From Candidatus Faecalibacterium faecigallinarum (lineage in GTDB: Bacteria; Bacillota; Clostridia; Oscillospirales; Ruminococcaceae), in contig DWWN01000053.1 in assembly GCA_019119685.1 (NCBI GenBank), positions 8,079 through 72,078 of the forward strand: a stretch of DNA of 64,000 nucleotides, given 5' to 3'. Of the stretch, positions 37,875-48,041 are shown piece after piece. The translations under genes were made by a program, and so were the position numbers. Position 1 is the first letter of the stretch, and each line of letters starts with the position of its first letter. The notes below the pieces were generated by a model. It was not told where the DNA came from, searched no databases, and was given only the letters and a program-made list of their open reading frames with translations.

Positions 37875-38474
37875 TCAGCGGTGGGCGATGACCTCGTCCA
37901 CCAGGCCGTACTCCTTGGCTTCCAGGGCGGTCATATAGTTGTCCCGCTCGGTGTCCTGGCGCACCCGCTCGATGGGCTGGCCGGTGTACTCGCTGAGCAG
38001 GCCGTTGATCTTCTCGCGCAGATAGATGATGTGGTCCGCGTGGATCTTGATGTCGGTGGCCTGGCCCGAGAGGCCGCCCCCCTGCCCGCCTGCGATCAGG
38101 GGCTGGTGGATCAGGATCTCGGAGTTGGGCAAAGCAAAGCGCTTGCCCTTGGTGCCGCTGGCCAGCAGGAACGCGCCCATCGATGCGGCCATGCCCATGC
38201 AGATGGTGGACACATCGCACTTGATATACTGCATGGTGTCGTGGATGGCCATGCCGGCGCTGATCGAGCCGCCGGGGCTGTTGATATACAGGCTGATGTC
38301 CTTGTCCGGGTCCTGCCCCTCCAGGTACAGCAGCTGCGCCACCACCAGGCTGGCCGAGGTGTCGTTGACGTCCTCGCTCAGAACGATGATGCGGTCATTC
38401 AGCAGACGGGAGAAGATGTCGTACGAGCGCTCTCCGTGGGCCGTCTGTTCTACAACATAAGGAACAAAACTCAT
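37875..38474 (-). CDS. clpP: ATP-dependent Clp protease proteolytic subunit
   Basis: [33 protein letters not shown]. Confidence 0.98.
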   Translation of the reverse strand: MSFVPYVVEQTAHGERSYDIFSRLLNDRIIVLSEDVNDTSASLVVAQLLYLEGQDPDKDISLYINSPGGSISAGMAIHDTMQYIKCDVSTICMGMAASMGAFLLASGTKGKRFALPNSEILIHQPLIAGGQGGGLSGQATDIKIHADHIIYLREKINGLLSEYTGQPIERVRQDTERDNYMTALEAKEYGLVDEVIAHR

Positions 38475-38518
38475 AAAGTTCGCCTCCTGAAATACAAAGT
38501 CGGGGTATCTATTTTGCA

Positions 38519-38562
38519 AAATTGACCGATGCGGCAAACAAAACCGCCGCATCGGTCAATTT
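38519..38562 (-). terminator. 17-bp perfect stem-loop between tig and clpP
   Basis: AAATTGACCGATGCGGC / GCCGCATCGGTCAATTT. Confidence 0.75.
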
Positions 38563-38623
38563 CAACAACATTGTGCGCAGGGGCTAAGCGCCAAGCGCTC
38601 CGCCCTGCCGGCTGCGGCGCAGC

Positions 38624-39940
38624 TTACTGTGCATCGGCAGCAGTCTCAGCCTCAGCGGCCTTTTCCACGATATTGGCGTGGCTCTTGATGAAGTCGATGG
38701 CCTTGTTCACAGCCAGGTCCTTCTTCAGCTCGTCCATGTTGACCAGCTCGCGGACCTTGTCCTCCTCCATCTTGTACTGGTCGGCGATCCGCTTGATCTC
38801 GGCGTTGACGTCCTCCTCGGAAGCCTCGATGTGCTCGGCGTCCGCCACAGCCTCCAGAGCCAGACGGATCTTGACCTGCTTTTCAGCCTGGGGCATGAAG
38901 GAAGCGCGGAACTGCTCCATGGTCTGGCCCATATACTTCAGGTAGTTGTCCAGGCTCAGGCCCTGCTGCTCGACGCGGAACGCAAAGTCGTTGACCAGCT
39001 CGTCCATCCGCACGTCGTACATGGCCTGGGGGATCTCAGCCTCCATGCCCTCAATGACCTGGTCCACCAGAGCGTTCTCGACAGCCAGGTCGTCCTGCTT
39101 GTCCAGCTGCTCCTGATTGGACTTGCGGATGGACTGCTTGAACTCCTCCAGGGTGTCGTACTCGGAGCAGTCCTTGGCCAGCTCATCGTCCAGAGCGGGC
39201 AGCTCCTTGTACTTGACCTCGTGCAGCTTGATCTTGAAGACAGCGGGCTTGCCGGCCAGCTCCTCGGCCTGGTACTGCTCGGGGAAGGTGACGTTGACGT
39301 CGAACTCATCGCCGGCGGAGTGGCCCACGATCTGGTCCTCGAAGCCGGGGATGAAGCTGCCGCTGCCCAGGGTCAGGTGGTAGTGCTCCGCCTTGCCGCC
39401 CTCAAAGGCCACGCCGTCGGTGAAGCCCTCGAAGTCGATGTCCACGATGTCGCCGTTCTCAGCGGCGCCCTCGCGGGTCAGCTCGCGGGCGTTGCGCTCC
39501 TGCACGCGCTTGAGCTCGGCGTCCACAGCGGACTCCTGAACAGTATGGACCGTTTTCTCAACGGTCAGACCGCTGTAAGCGCCCAGCTTGACCTCGGGCT
39601 TGACGGCGACCTTAACGGTCAGGGTAGCGCCCTGGTCGTCGCTGGCGGAATCCACCGTGACCTCGGGACGGCCCACGGGCTCGATGCCGGCCTCCTTGAC
39701 AGCGGCCTCGAACTCGGCCGGGAACAGGTTGTTGATGGCGTCGTAGGTGAACACATCGGGACCGTACATCCGCTCGATCAGGTGACGGGGGGCCTTGCCC
39801 TTGCGGAAGCCCTGGACGGTGTACTTCTTGCCCTCGGTCTTAAAGACCTTCAGGACCTCGTTCTTATAGGTCTCAGCGTCGATCGAGAACTGCAGTTCAG
39901 CCATGCTCTTTTCGAGCTTTTCACACTTGATAAGATTCAT
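38624..39940 (-). CDS. tig: Trigger factor
   Basis: GFRKGKAP ribosome-binding motif; FKBP domain LGSGSFIPGFE. Confidence 0.98.
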   Translation of the reverse strand: MNLIKCEKLEKSMAELQFSIDAETYKNEVLKVFKTEGKKYTVQGFRKGKAPRHLIERMYGPDVFTYDAINNLFPAEFEAAVKEAGIEPVGRPEVTVDSASDDQGATLTVKVAVKPEVKLGAYSGLTVEKTVHTVQESAVDAELKRVQERNARELTREGAAENGDIVDIDFEGFTDGVAFEGGKAEHYHLTLGSGSFIPGFEDQIVGHSAGDEFDVNVTFPEQYQAEELAGKPAVFKIKLHEVKYKELPALDDELAKDCSEYDTLEEFKQSIRKSNQEQLDKQDDLAVENALVDQVIEGMEAEIPQAMYDVRMDELVNDFAFRVEQQGLSLDNYLKYMGQTMEQFRASFMPQAEKQVKIRLALEAVADAEHIEASEEDVNAEIKRIADQYKMEEDKVRELVNMDELKKDLAVNKAIDFIKSHANIVEKAAEAETAADAQ

Positions 39941-40067
39941 TTTTGTTTTCCTCCGCTCAAATATTGGTGCTGGGGCAGAGGACTCCTCTCCCCGCATCTG
40001 CGCCGCGCGCCCATCCTCATCTCAAACGGCGCACGCGCCTTTGGGTACGACAATCGCGTCAGCGTTT

Positions 40068-40096
40068 ATTATAACACGTTCTGTGCATAAATGCCA
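40068..40096 (-). promoter_or_regulatory. Sigma-A promoter for tig
   Basis: TGGCAT-17-TATAAT with extended TG. Confidence 0.6.
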
Positions 40097-40120
40097 GCTG
40101 TTTTTTCACATTTTGGGATT

Positions 40121-40804
40121 TTAAGTGATTTTATACGGGCAGAACTGCAGTCCGTCGGCGCTGACCAGCTTGTAACGGATGCCGTCCACCTCCCCCTGCA
40201 CCGCAAACCGGATGGCCTTGCCGTGCAGATGGGCATAAAAGCACCGCCTGATCCCGTACTCCTTCAAAACGGCCACGATCTCGGGGGCGTCGGCCCCGGT
40301 GTAGACCGGCGGGTAGTGGAGAAACACCAGCCTCTCCTTCCCCGGCTCGGCGGCCTGCAGGCTCAGCCGCAGCCGGCCGATCTCCCGGTTCATCACCTTT
40401 TCGTCGTGGGGCTCGTCCGCGTCGAACAGCCACCCCCGCGTCCCGCACAGAGCGTAGCCGTCCACCGTATAGGAGTTGTTGTGCAGCAGGCGCAGGGTAT
40501 CGAACCCCTCCGCCCGGAAAAATGCGTTCATCTTGTTGGCGGTGGACCACCAGTAGTCGTGGTTGCCCTTCATGATCAGTTTCTGGCCCGGCAGGCCGTT
40601 CAGGAAGGCGAAGTCCTTCCGGGTGTCGGCCAGCCGCATGGACCAGCTGATGTCCCCCGCCAATACCACCGTGTCCTCCGGCTTGACCAGCTTGCGCCAG
40701 TTGGCTTCCAGCTTTTCGACATAGCCGTTCCAGCCGGGGAACACGTCCATGGGTTTGGCGCCCCCCAGCGAAAGATGGGTGTCGCCCAGCACAAACAGTG
40801 CCAT
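40121..40804 (-). CDS. Calcineurin-like metallophosphoesterase
   Basis: GDTHLS, GDISW, KGNHDYWW, LHYPP, AHLH. Confidence 0.9.
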   Translation of the reverse strand: MALFVLGDTHLSLGGAKPMDVFPGWNGYVEKLEANWRKLVKPEDTVVLAGDISWSMRLADTRKDFAFLNGLPGQKLIMKGNHDYWWSTANKMNAFFRAEGFDTLRLLHNNSYTVDGYALCGTRGWLFDADEPHDEKVMNREIGRLRLSLQAAEPGKERLVFLHYPPVYTGADAPEIVAVLKEYGIRRCFYAHLHGKAIRFAVQGEVDGIRYKLVSADGLQFCPYKIT

Positions 40805-40820
40805 GTACAGCTCCTATCTA

Positions 40821-42281
40821 TTATGCCTGATAGCCCAGGGCCACCTCGGCGATCTGGGACGGGTCGATGACGGCGTCAAAGCGCTCGGGCTTCTGCCGCA
40901 GGCCGGCCAGGCTGGCGGGCGCGGTGCGGCCGGTGGCCTGTTCCAGCGCCTGCATGGCCTCGAAATCGTTCTCCGGGGCGGCGTGGCCCAGGGCGGCCAG
41001 CACGCTGCGGGGGAACTTGAAGGGCGACGCGGTGGAAAGCACCACCATGGGTACCCCGGCCCGCTTCTGCTGGCCCGCCACGTGGAACGCGACGGCGGTG
41101 TGGGTGTCGCAGAGGTAGCCGTCCCGCTCCCAGCGGGTGCAGATCTCGGCGGCCACTTCCTCCTCGCTGGACCAGCCGCAGGCAAACGTGCCCTGAATGG
41201 CGGCCAGCGTCTCGGGCCGGACGGTGTAGCTTCCCTCCCGGTTCAACTGGTCCATCAGGCCGGCCACCTCGGCGTCGCTGCCGGTGACGTGCCAGAGCAG
41301 CCGCTCCAGGTTGGAGGACACCAGGATGTCCATGCTGGGGGAAGAAGTCTTGTAAAATGCCCGCCTGGCGGTGTAGACGCCGGTGCGCAGGAAGTCGGTC
41401 AGGACGTTGTTCTGGTTGGAAGCGCAGACCAGCCGGCCCACGGGCAGGCCCATCTGCTTGGCGTAGTAGCCGGCCAGAATATCGCCGAAGTTGCCGGTGG
41501 GGACGCAGAAGTCCACCTCGTCGCCGAAAGCGATCTTGCCCGCCTTCAGCAGCTGGGCGTAGGCGGCAAAGTAGTAGACGATCTGCGGCGCCAGCCGGCC
41601 CCAGTTGATGGAGTTGGCGCTGGACAGGCAGATGTTCCGCTGTGCCAGGCGGGCGGCGATCTCCTTGTCGGCAAAGACCCGCTTGACGCCGGTCTGGGCG
41701 TCGTCAAAGTTGCCGCGCACCGCGTACACCGCCACGTTGGCCCCCTCCTGGGTGGCCATCTGCAGCCGCTGGATCTCGCTGGTGCCGCCGGTGGGGTAAA
41801 AGACGGCGATCTCCACCCCGGGGATATCGTGGTAGCCGTCCAGGGCGGCTTTGCCGGTGTCGCCGCTGGTCGCCACCAGGATCAGGGTCTTTTCGGTGCG
41901 GCCCAGGTTGCGCTTGGCCTCCACCAGGAGCTTGGGCATCAGCTGCAGCGCGTAATCCTTGAAGGCGCAGGTGGGCCCGTGCCACAGTTCCAGGGCCCAG
42001 GTGTCCCCTTCCACCGGGGCGAGATAGCCCGCCTTGCCGCCGAACGCATCGCCGTAGGTTGCCGCCGCTGCGCCGGCCAGGAACGCCGGGTCATAGTCCG
42101 TCAGGTACTCCCGCAGGACAGCCGCGGCCATGGCCGGGTAGTCCAGCCCACAGAGGGCCTTGACGTCCACCTGGGGGAAGCTCTCGGGCACAAACAGGCC
42201 GCCTTCTTCCGACAGGCCCTGCGCGATGGCCTGCGAAGCGGACACCCGCCGGCTCTGGTCTCTCGTGCTGAAAAACTGCAT
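40821..42281 (-). CDS. thrC: Threonine synthase
   Basis: ELWHGPTCAFKD, ATSGDTG, SANSINWGR, PTGNFG, SPSMDIL. Confidence 0.96.
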   Translation of the reverse strand: MQFFSTRDQSRRVSASQAIAQGLSEEGGLFVPESFPQVDVKALCGLDYPAMAAAVLREYLTDYDPAFLAGAAAATYGDAFGGKAGYLAPVEGDTWALELWHGPTCAFKDYALQLMPKLLVEAKRNLGRTEKTLILVATSGDTGKAALDGYHDIPGVEIAVFYPTGGTSEIQRLQMATQEGANVAVYAVRGNFDDAQTGVKRVFADKEIAARLAQRNICLSSANSINWGRLAPQIVYYFAAYAQLLKAGKIAFGDEVDFCVPTGNFGDILAGYYAKQMGLPVGRLVCASNQNNVLTDFLRTGVYTARRAFYKTSSPSMDILVSSNLERLLWHVTGSDAEVAGLMDQLNREGSYTVRPETLAAIQGTFACGWSSEEEVAAEICTRWERDGYLCDTHTAVAFHVAGQQKRAGVPMVVLSTASPFKFPRSVLAALGHAAPENDFEAMQALEQATGRTAPASLAGLRQKPERFDAVIDPSQIAEVALGYQA

Positions 42282-42326
42282 AGTCAATCGCTCCTTTTCC
42301 GTTGTGGTCCTTTCCCATCGTGTCTA

Positions 42327-42704
42327 TCATCGCGCGCTTGCATCGAACGCGCTTTTTATAATATGTACCATCCAGCGGCCGCTGTCAAGAGGGGTCACCT
42401 CCGCCACATCGAACCGGGTGAACGCCTCCTGCTGGCCGGTCTGCTGCAAGTACCAGGCCGCCGTCCGAACGATGCGGCGGCGCTTGGCCAGCGTGACCGA
42501 GGCCGCAGGCCGGCAGACCGCGTCCGGGTCGGTGCGGGTCTTGACCTCACAGATGATGATGACCCCCGCCGGGTCCCGGAGGATCAGGTCGATCTCCCCG
42601 CCCCGGATGCAGTAGTTGTGTTCCAGCAGGGTGCAGCCCCGCCGGATGTAGTACAGGGCGGCGGCGCGCTCGCCCCGGCGGCCGGTCTCGGCCCGGTCCA
42701 TCAC
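42327..42704 (-). CDS. yraN: YraN family PD-(D/E)XK protein
   Basis: GRRGE, GEIDLI, CEVKTR, RFDV. Confidence 0.92.
   Translation of the reverse strand: MMDRAETGRRGERAAALYYIRRGCTLLEHNYCIRGGEIDLILRDPAGVIIICEVKTRTDPDAVCRPAASVTLAKRRRIVRTAAWYLQQTGQQEAFTRFDVAEVTPLDSGRWMVHIIKSAFDASAR
42360..42388 (-). promoter_or_regulatory. Internal promoter in yraN for thrC
   Basis: TTGACA-17-CATATT in the AT-rich 3' end. Confidence 0.55.
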
Positions 42705-43345
42705 TTGCCCTCCGGCCAGTAGCCCTGCTTTTTCAAAAAGCTGCGGCGGTAAAAAGGCTGGATGCCGTATTGGGCGATCAGCTCGTAGTGCAGTTTGGTG
42801 GGGTAGCCCTTGTGCTTGGCCAGCTGGTACTGCGGATACTGGCGGTCCAGCTCCATCATATAGCGGTCCCGGCTGACCTTGGCCAAAATGGACGCCGCGC
42901 CGATGCTGGCGCTGGTTGCGTCCCCCTTGACCACCGGCCGGGCCGGCATGGCCAGCTCCGCAGGGCAGCGGTTGCCGTCCACCAATACCAGATGGGGGGT
43001 GATCTCGAGCTGCTCCACCGCCTGGCGCATCCCGCCCATGGTGGCGTTCAGGATGTTGTCCCGGTCGATGATCTCGGGCCCCACAAAGACGATGCTGTAG
43101 GCCAGGGCCTTGGCTTTGATCTCCTCAAAGAGGCGTTCCCGTTTTTTCTCGCTCAGCTTTTTGGAGTCGTTGATGCCCCAGACCGGGTTTTCCGGGTCCA
43201 GGATGCAGGCGGCCACGCAGACCGGGCCGCACAGCGGGCCCCGGCCGGCCTCGTCCACCCCGGCAAAGCAGCCGTTTTCGGCCCGGACGGCGGCGTCGTA
43301 CTCGTAGAGCGGGCGGGAGACCTCCTCGTCGGTCAGGCGTTTCAT
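42701..43345 (-). CDS. rnhB: Ribonuclease HII
   Basis: [33 protein letters not shown]. Confidence 0.97.
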   Translation of the reverse strand: MKRLTDEEVSRPLYEYDAAVRAENGCFAGVDEAGRGPLCGPVCVAACILDPENPVWGINDSKKLSEKKRERLFEEIKAKALAYSIVFVGPEIIDRDNILNATMGGMRQAVEQLEITPHLVLVDGNRCPAELAMPARPVVKGDATSASIGAASILAKVSRDRYMMELDRQYPQYQLAKHKGYPTKLHYELIAQYGIQPFYRRSFLKKQGYWPEGK

Positions 43346-44277
43346 GCCTCGTCCTCCCCTTCCGGCAGCTCAGGGTCCTCCCGGCGGGGCGGGCGCTCCA
43401 GCGTGATGCGGCCCCACTTGCAGGCCCGGAACTCGTCCACCAGCATGATGGCGCACCGCTCGGTGTTCACCTCGCCGCCCCGGACCAGCAGCCCCCGCTT
43501 GCGGCCGATGGCCTCCATCAGCTCGTAGGGAGGCAGGGCCAGCGCTTCGGCGTCCAGCTTGTAGCGGCTGGCCACCAGGTCGGGGTAATTGCGGCGCACC
43601 TCGTCCAGCAGGTTCATGGCCAGTTCTTCCACGTCCAAGATATCGTCCTTGATCGAGCCGATGAAGGCCAGATTGGAGGCGATGGTCTTGGAATCGAACT
43701 TTTTCCACAGGACGCCGGGCATATCCAGCAGGTCGAACTTTTCGGTCGAGACCCACTGCTTGCCCTTGGTAACGCCGGGCCGGTCGGCAGCCTTGGCCCG
43801 CACCGACCCCGCAAACGTGTTGATAAAGGTGGACTTGCCCACGTTGGGGATGCCGCAGAGCATGACCTGGGTCTTGGCGCCGCTCATGCCGCGGGCCTGA
43901 CGGCGGGCCAGCAGCCCGGACAGCTCTTTTTCGATGGCGGCGCGCACGGCGGCCGTGCCGCCCTTGCTCTTGGCGTTGATGGCCACGCACCCGGCGTCGG
44001 CGGCCCGGAAATACCGGATCCACTCCTCGGTGACGGCGGGGTCGGCCAGGTCGGCCTTATTCAGCGCGTACAGCCGGGGCTTGCGGGCGGTGATCCGCTC
44101 GATCTCCGGGTTCAGGCTGGACAGAGGGATCCGCGCGTCCAGCAGGATCAGGCTGGCGTCCACGTGCTGGATCTCCTGCTCCATCACCCGCAGGGTCCGG
44201 GCCATGTGCCCCGGGAACCACTGGATGTTGTATTGGTTGGAAACCTGCAGGTTCCCGTTTTTCTCTTGGTTTTTCAC
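43342..44277 (-). CDS. rbgA: Ribosome biogenesis GTPase RbgA/YlqF
   Basis: [29 protein letters not shown]. Confidence 0.96.
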   Translation of the reverse strand: MKNQEKNGNLQVSNQYNIQWFPGHMARTLRVMEQEIQHVDASLILLDARIPLSSLNPEIERITARKPRLYALNKADLADPAVTEEWIRYFRAADAGCVAINAKSKGGTAAVRAAIEKELSGLLARRQARGMSGAKTQVMLCGIPNVGKSTFINTFAGSVRAKAADRPGVTKGKQWVSTEKFDLLDMPGVLWKKFDSKTIASNLAFIGSIKDDILDVEELAMNLLDEVRRNYPDLVASRYKLDAEALALPPYELMEAIGRKRGLLVRGGEVNTERCAIMLVDEFRACKWGRITLERPPRREDPELPEGEDEA

Positions 44278-44822
44278 TTGACCACTCCTGCATCCTCCAG
44301 GGGCAAAAAGCAGAACAATACTTTGCCCAGGATATCTTCCTCCGCGATGCAGCCGATCGAGGAGGACCGGCTGTCCAGCGAGGCGTTGCGGTTGTCCCCC
44401 ATCAGGAACAGCTGCCCCTCGGGGACAGTATAGGGGAACTGGACGTCGTAGCCCAGGAAGGTGGGCTCGGCGATGTAGTCCTCCTGCAGCACCTCGCCGT
44501 TGACCGAGACGGTGCCGCTGGTATAGTCGATGGAGATGGTATCCCCGCCCTTGGCGATGATCCGCTTGACCAGCGGCCGGCCGTAGGTGGTGTAGTCGTC
44601 TACGATCACCACGTCCCCCCGCTGCGGGGTGTACCCGGCGCCCCAGACGATCAGCTTGTCCCCATCCCAGAGGGTGGGGTTCATGGAGGCGCCGTCCACC
44701 TGGATGATGCGGAAAAAGAAGGAGAACACCAGCACCATCAGCACCAGTGCCGAGATCAGCGCCTCATACCATTCGATCATACCCTGTCCCCGGGCCATTG
44801 CCCCGTCTGTTTCTTTCGCCAT
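44274..44822 (-). CDS. lepB: Signal peptidase I
   Basis: SMNPTL, LVKRII, MGDNRNASLDSR. Confidence 0.95.
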   Translation of the reverse strand: MAKETDGAMARGQGMIEWYEALISALVLMVLVFSFFFRIIQVDGASMNPTLWDGDKLIVWGAGYTPQRGDVVIVDDYTTYGRPLVKRIIAKGGDTISIDYTSGTVSVNGEVLQEDYIAEPTFLGYDVQFPYTVPEGQLFLMGDNRNASLDSRSSSIGCIAEEDILGKVLFCFLPLEDAGVVK

Positions 44823-44906
44823 AGCCTGCCCTTCTTTCACGATGAATAAAGAAAAAAGGGACAACAAGTGCCCCTTTTCCCCAGCGCGGCTTGCGTCGCG
44901 CGAAAA

Positions 44907-45248
44907 TCAGATATCGCTCTTGACCTTGGCAGCTTTGCCGGTGCGGCCGCGCAGGTAGTACAGCTTTGCACGGCGGACCTTGCCCTTGCGCACCACAGTC
45001 ACCTTCTCAACAAAGGGGCTGTTGATGGGGAAGACACGCTCGATGCCCACGCCGTAAGCAATGCGGCGAACGGTAAAGGTCTCGGCGACGCCGCCGTGCT
45101 TCTTGGCAATGACGGTGCCCTCGAAGGCCTGGATACGCTCACGCTCGCCTTCCTTGATGCGGACGTCCACCCGGACGGTGTCGCCGACGTTGAACTGGGG
45201 GCGCTCAGCCTTGATGCTGCCCTCGGAAATGATCTTCAGTGCGTCCAT
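44907..45248 (-). CDS. rplS: 50S ribosomal protein L19
   Basis: [25 protein letters not shown]. Confidence 0.99.
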   Translation of the reverse strand: MDALKIISEGSIKAERPQFNVGDTVRVDVRIKEGERERIQAFEGTVIAKKHGGVAETFTVRRIAYGVGIERVFPINSPFVEKVTVVRKGKVRRAKLYYLRGRTGKAAKVKSDI

Positions 45249-45269
45249 TTGATTTCCTCCATTTGTTTC

Positions 45270-45308
45270 GACGTTCATACACAGCAGCGCTGCCGTCAGA
45301 GGACCGCC
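45270..45308 (-). ncRNA. L19 ribosomal protein leader
   Basis: GGCGGUCCUCUG-ACGGCAGCGCUGCUGU-GUAUGAACGUC just upstream of the rplS RBS, matching the Firmicute L19-leader pattern. Confidence 0.75.
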
Positions 45309-45368
45309 TGTTTAATGATTGTTTGTCATTAACCCCGCTGTGGCTTCAGCGGACACTAACGCCTAACT

Positions 45369-45397
45369 ATGATAGCACAAGCGCGCACCAAAAGCAA
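45369..45397 (-). promoter_or_regulatory. Sigma-A promoter for rplS
   Basis: TTGCTT-17-TATCAT with extended TG. Confidence 0.65.
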
Positions 45398-45428
45398 GCG
45401 TTTTGCCTGAAAAATCCGGCAAAAATTT

Positions 45429-46073
45429 TCAGCAGAAGGGCGTGCGGTCGGCTTTCAGCAAAGCGGTGCGCAGGATGGCGGCCTCCGCCGCCGGCAGGCC
45501 GAACTGTTCTTCCAAAAAGCCGGTGAGCAGCGAGGGATTCAAATTCAACTCCTGCGCGGCGGGCAGGCAGACCGCAAAGGACACCCGGTCCCCCTCCGCA
45601 TGGCAGTCGAGCGCGGGGACGTACTGTTTCAGGTCCACCTGTTTTGTCCCCTTCTTGCCCTTTTTCTCAGCCAGGGCGGCGGGCAGGGCGTTGTAGCCCG
45701 CCAGCGCCCCGGCTGCGGCGGCCGGGTAGCTGATGGTATAGCAGGCAAAGGCGATGGCGCTGGCCTTATCTTTGGCCGGCTCCACCCGGAACACCCGGAT
45801 GCCCGCCGGCATGATGGCGTTCAGCCCCGCCTGCCAGGCGGCAAAGTCGGGGTTCTCCGCCTCGGTCTTGACATCCACGCTCTCGCACAGGCTCTCCTGC
45901 CCCAGCGACAGCGGACAGGTAAAGGTCATATAGATGTGGGGGTTGAAGCCCAGGGTGTGCCACACCGGCAGGCCGCTGCGCTTGAGCACCCGCTGCATCA
46001 CCCGCTGCATATCCAGCAGGGAGATGTAAGAGGCTTCGTTTCGTTTTTCAAACCAGATCCGCACTGTAATCAA
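45429..46073 (-). CDS. Radical SAM-linked protein (TIGR03936/DUF2344-like)
   Basis: YISLLD..R.LKRSGLP..GFNPH..PLSLG.ES..E; overlaps the radical SAM gene. Confidence 0.85.
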   Translation of the reverse strand: MITVRIWFEKRNEASYISLLDMQRVMQRVLKRSGLPVWHTLGFNPHIYMTFTCPLSLGQESLCESVDVKTEAENPDFAAWQAGLNAIMPAGIRVFRVEPAKDKASAIAFACYTISYPAAAAGALAGYNALPAALAEKKGKKGTKQVDLKQYVPALDCHAEGDRVSFAVCLPAAQELNLNPSLLTGFLEEQFGLPAAEAAILRTALLKADRTPFC

Positions 46074-47979
46074 AGCAGGGCCCTCCCAACAGACGGTTTG
46101 CGCCGCATCCGCTGCAGGCGCGGTTGCAGGGCGGGGTGGTCTGGGCAGCCAGTGCCTTTTTGTACTCCCGCACCAGATATTCGTGGGTGATGCCGTAGTC
46201 CATGTGGGCCCACGGGGTCACTTCGTCCAGGCCGATGGCCCGGTTGCAGTAGAAATGAGGGTCGATGCCCAGGTCCGCAAAGGTCTGCATCCAGGTGTCG
46301 TACCGGAAGCACTCCTCCCAGCCGTCGAACACGCAGCCGCGGCGGTAGGCCTCCACCAGGGCGGGGGCCAGCCGGCGGTCGCCCTTGGCAAAGACGCCCT
46401 CCAAAAAGCTGGTCTTGCTGTCATGGTAGTTGACCTTGATCTTCCGGCTGTGGACGCTCTCCAGCAGGTGCTTCTGCTTGGCCTCGAGGGTCTCGGCGCT
46501 GTCCATGGGCACGAACTGGAAGGGCGTGTGGGGCTTGGGCACAAAGCAGGCGCAGCTGACCGTCACCTGCACCCCCTTGCCCTTGGCGTGGGTCTGGGTG
46601 TGGTAGTAGAGGTCCACCACCTTCTGGGCCGTCTCGGCGATGCCCTCGATGTCGGCCATGGTCTCGGTGGGCAGGCCCATCATGAAGTAGAGCTTGACCG
46701 AGGTGTACCCCGCCTCAAAGGCGATGCGGCAGGTCTTTTCGATCTCGTCCCAGGTGACGTTTTTGTTGATGACGTCCCGCAGGCGCTGGGTGCCGGCCTC
46801 GGCCGCAAAGGTCAGGCCGCTCTTGCGCACCTTGGTGGTCTTTTCGATCAGGCTCTCGGAGAAGTTGTCCATCCGCAGGGAGGGCAGCGAGAGGCTGACG
46901 TGCTCGGCCGGGGCCCAGCTATTCAAATCGTCCAGCAGTTCTTCCAGCTGGCTGTGGTCGGAGGTGGACAGGCTGGAAAGGCTCAGCTCCTCATAGCCGG
47001 TGTTGGCGCACAGGTCCTGGGCGGCCTTGTTCAAGAGGCCCGCGTCCCGCTGGCGCATGGGCCGGTAGAGGAAGCCCGCCTGGCAGAACCGGCAGCCCCG
47101 GACGCAGCCCCGCAGCACCTCGATGCTGGCGCGGTCCTGGATGGCGCCCACCATGGGCACCACAAAGTTGGTGGGCGGCGCAAAGTCGTTCATATCCTGG
47201 ATGATGGCTTTGGTCACCACCGCCGGCACCCCCGGCTGGTTGGGGGTGATGGACTTGACCCGGCCGTCCTCGTAGTAGTCCACGTCGTAAAAGGCGGGGA
47301 TATAGACACCGGGGATCCTGGCGATGCGCAGCAGCAGCTCGTGCTTGGAGATGCCCTCCTTTTTGCCCTGCTCGATGGCCTCGCAGATGGAGGGCAGCTG
47401 GCGCTCCCCTTCCCCCAGCTGGATCACATCAAAGAAGGCGGCCAGGGGTTCGGCGTTGCAGGTGCAGGGGCCGCCGGCCACGATCAGGGGCCAGCGCTCG
47501 TCCCGGTCGGCGGCGTAGAACGGGATGCCCGCCAGGTCCAGCATGGCCAGGATGTTGGTGTAGGACAGCTCATACTGCAGGGTAAAGCCCACCGCGTCAA
47601 AATCGGTCAGCAGGTCCTTGCTCTCGAGGGTGTAGAGGGGCAGGCCCAGGCGCTCCATCTCGGCTTTCATATCCAGCCAGGGCATAAAGGCCCGCTCGCA
47701 CCACCAGTTCTCGTGCTGGTTCAGCAGCTCGTAGAGGATCTTCTCCCCCAGAAAGGACATACCCACCTCGTAGGTGTCGGGGAAGCAGAAGGCGAACCGG
47801 ACGTCTACCTTCTCCTTTTCTTTGTATACGCTGCCGGGTTCGCCGCCGGTATAGCGGCCCGGCTTCTGCACATGGCTCAGGGCCTCTTTCAGCTTCGGGC
47901 TGATGCCGAAGGCCGGTTTTTCGGCCGGAAGGGCGTCCAAAGCGCCGTGCAGCGCGGTGTTCAGCTCCTGGTCTATCAT
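46048..47979 (-). CDS. B12-binding-like radical SAM protein (TIGR03960-like)
   Basis: KPGRYTGGE, FPDTYEVGMS, RGCVRGCRFCQAG (CxxxCxxC), KLYFMMGLP, C-terminal Cys cluster. Confidence 0.9.
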   Translation of the reverse strand: MIDQELNTALHGALDALPAEKPAFGISPKLKEALSHVQKPGRYTGGEPGSVYKEKEKVDVRFAFCFPDTYEVGMSFLGEKILYELLNQHENWWCERAFMPWLDMKAEMERLGLPLYTLESKDLLTDFDAVGFTLQYELSYTNILAMLDLAGIPFYAADRDERWPLIVAGGPCTCNAEPLAAFFDVIQLGEGERQLPSICEAIEQGKKEGISKHELLLRIARIPGVYIPAFYDVDYYEDGRVKSITPNQPGVPAVVTKAIIQDMNDFAPPTNFVVPMVGAIQDRASIEVLRGCVRGCRFCQAGFLYRPMRQRDAGLLNKAAQDLCANTGYEELSLSSLSTSDHSQLEELLDDLNSWAPAEHVSLSLPSLRMDNFSESLIEKTTKVRKSGLTFAAEAGTQRLRDVINKNVTWDEIEKTCRIAFEAGYTSVKLYFMMGLPTETMADIEGIAETAQKVVDLYYHTQTHAKGKGVQVTVSCACFVPKPHTPFQFVPMDSAETLEAKQKHLLESVHSRKIKVNYHDSKTSFLEGVFAKGDRRLAPALVEAYRRGCVFDGWEECFRYDTWMQTFADLGIDPHFYCNRAIGLDEVTPWAHMDYGITHEYLVREYKKALAAQTTPPCNRACSGCGANRLLGGPCFDYSADLV

Positions 47980-48012
47980 CGGTTCCTCCAAATTGGTTTT
48001 TTTGTTTTTCCT

Positions 48013-48041
48013 ATTGTACCCTATTTCGGGGCAGATTGCAA
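48013..48041 (-). promoter_or_regulatory. Sigma-A promoter for the radical SAM pair
   Basis: TTGCAA-17-TACAAT. Confidence 0.7.

Noticed and set aside
39535-39590. Atypical-codon patch and small hairpin GACCGTT/AACGGTC in tig as a possible internal clpPX promoter
   Set aside because: Best -35/-10 pair has 15-bp spacing and a poor -35
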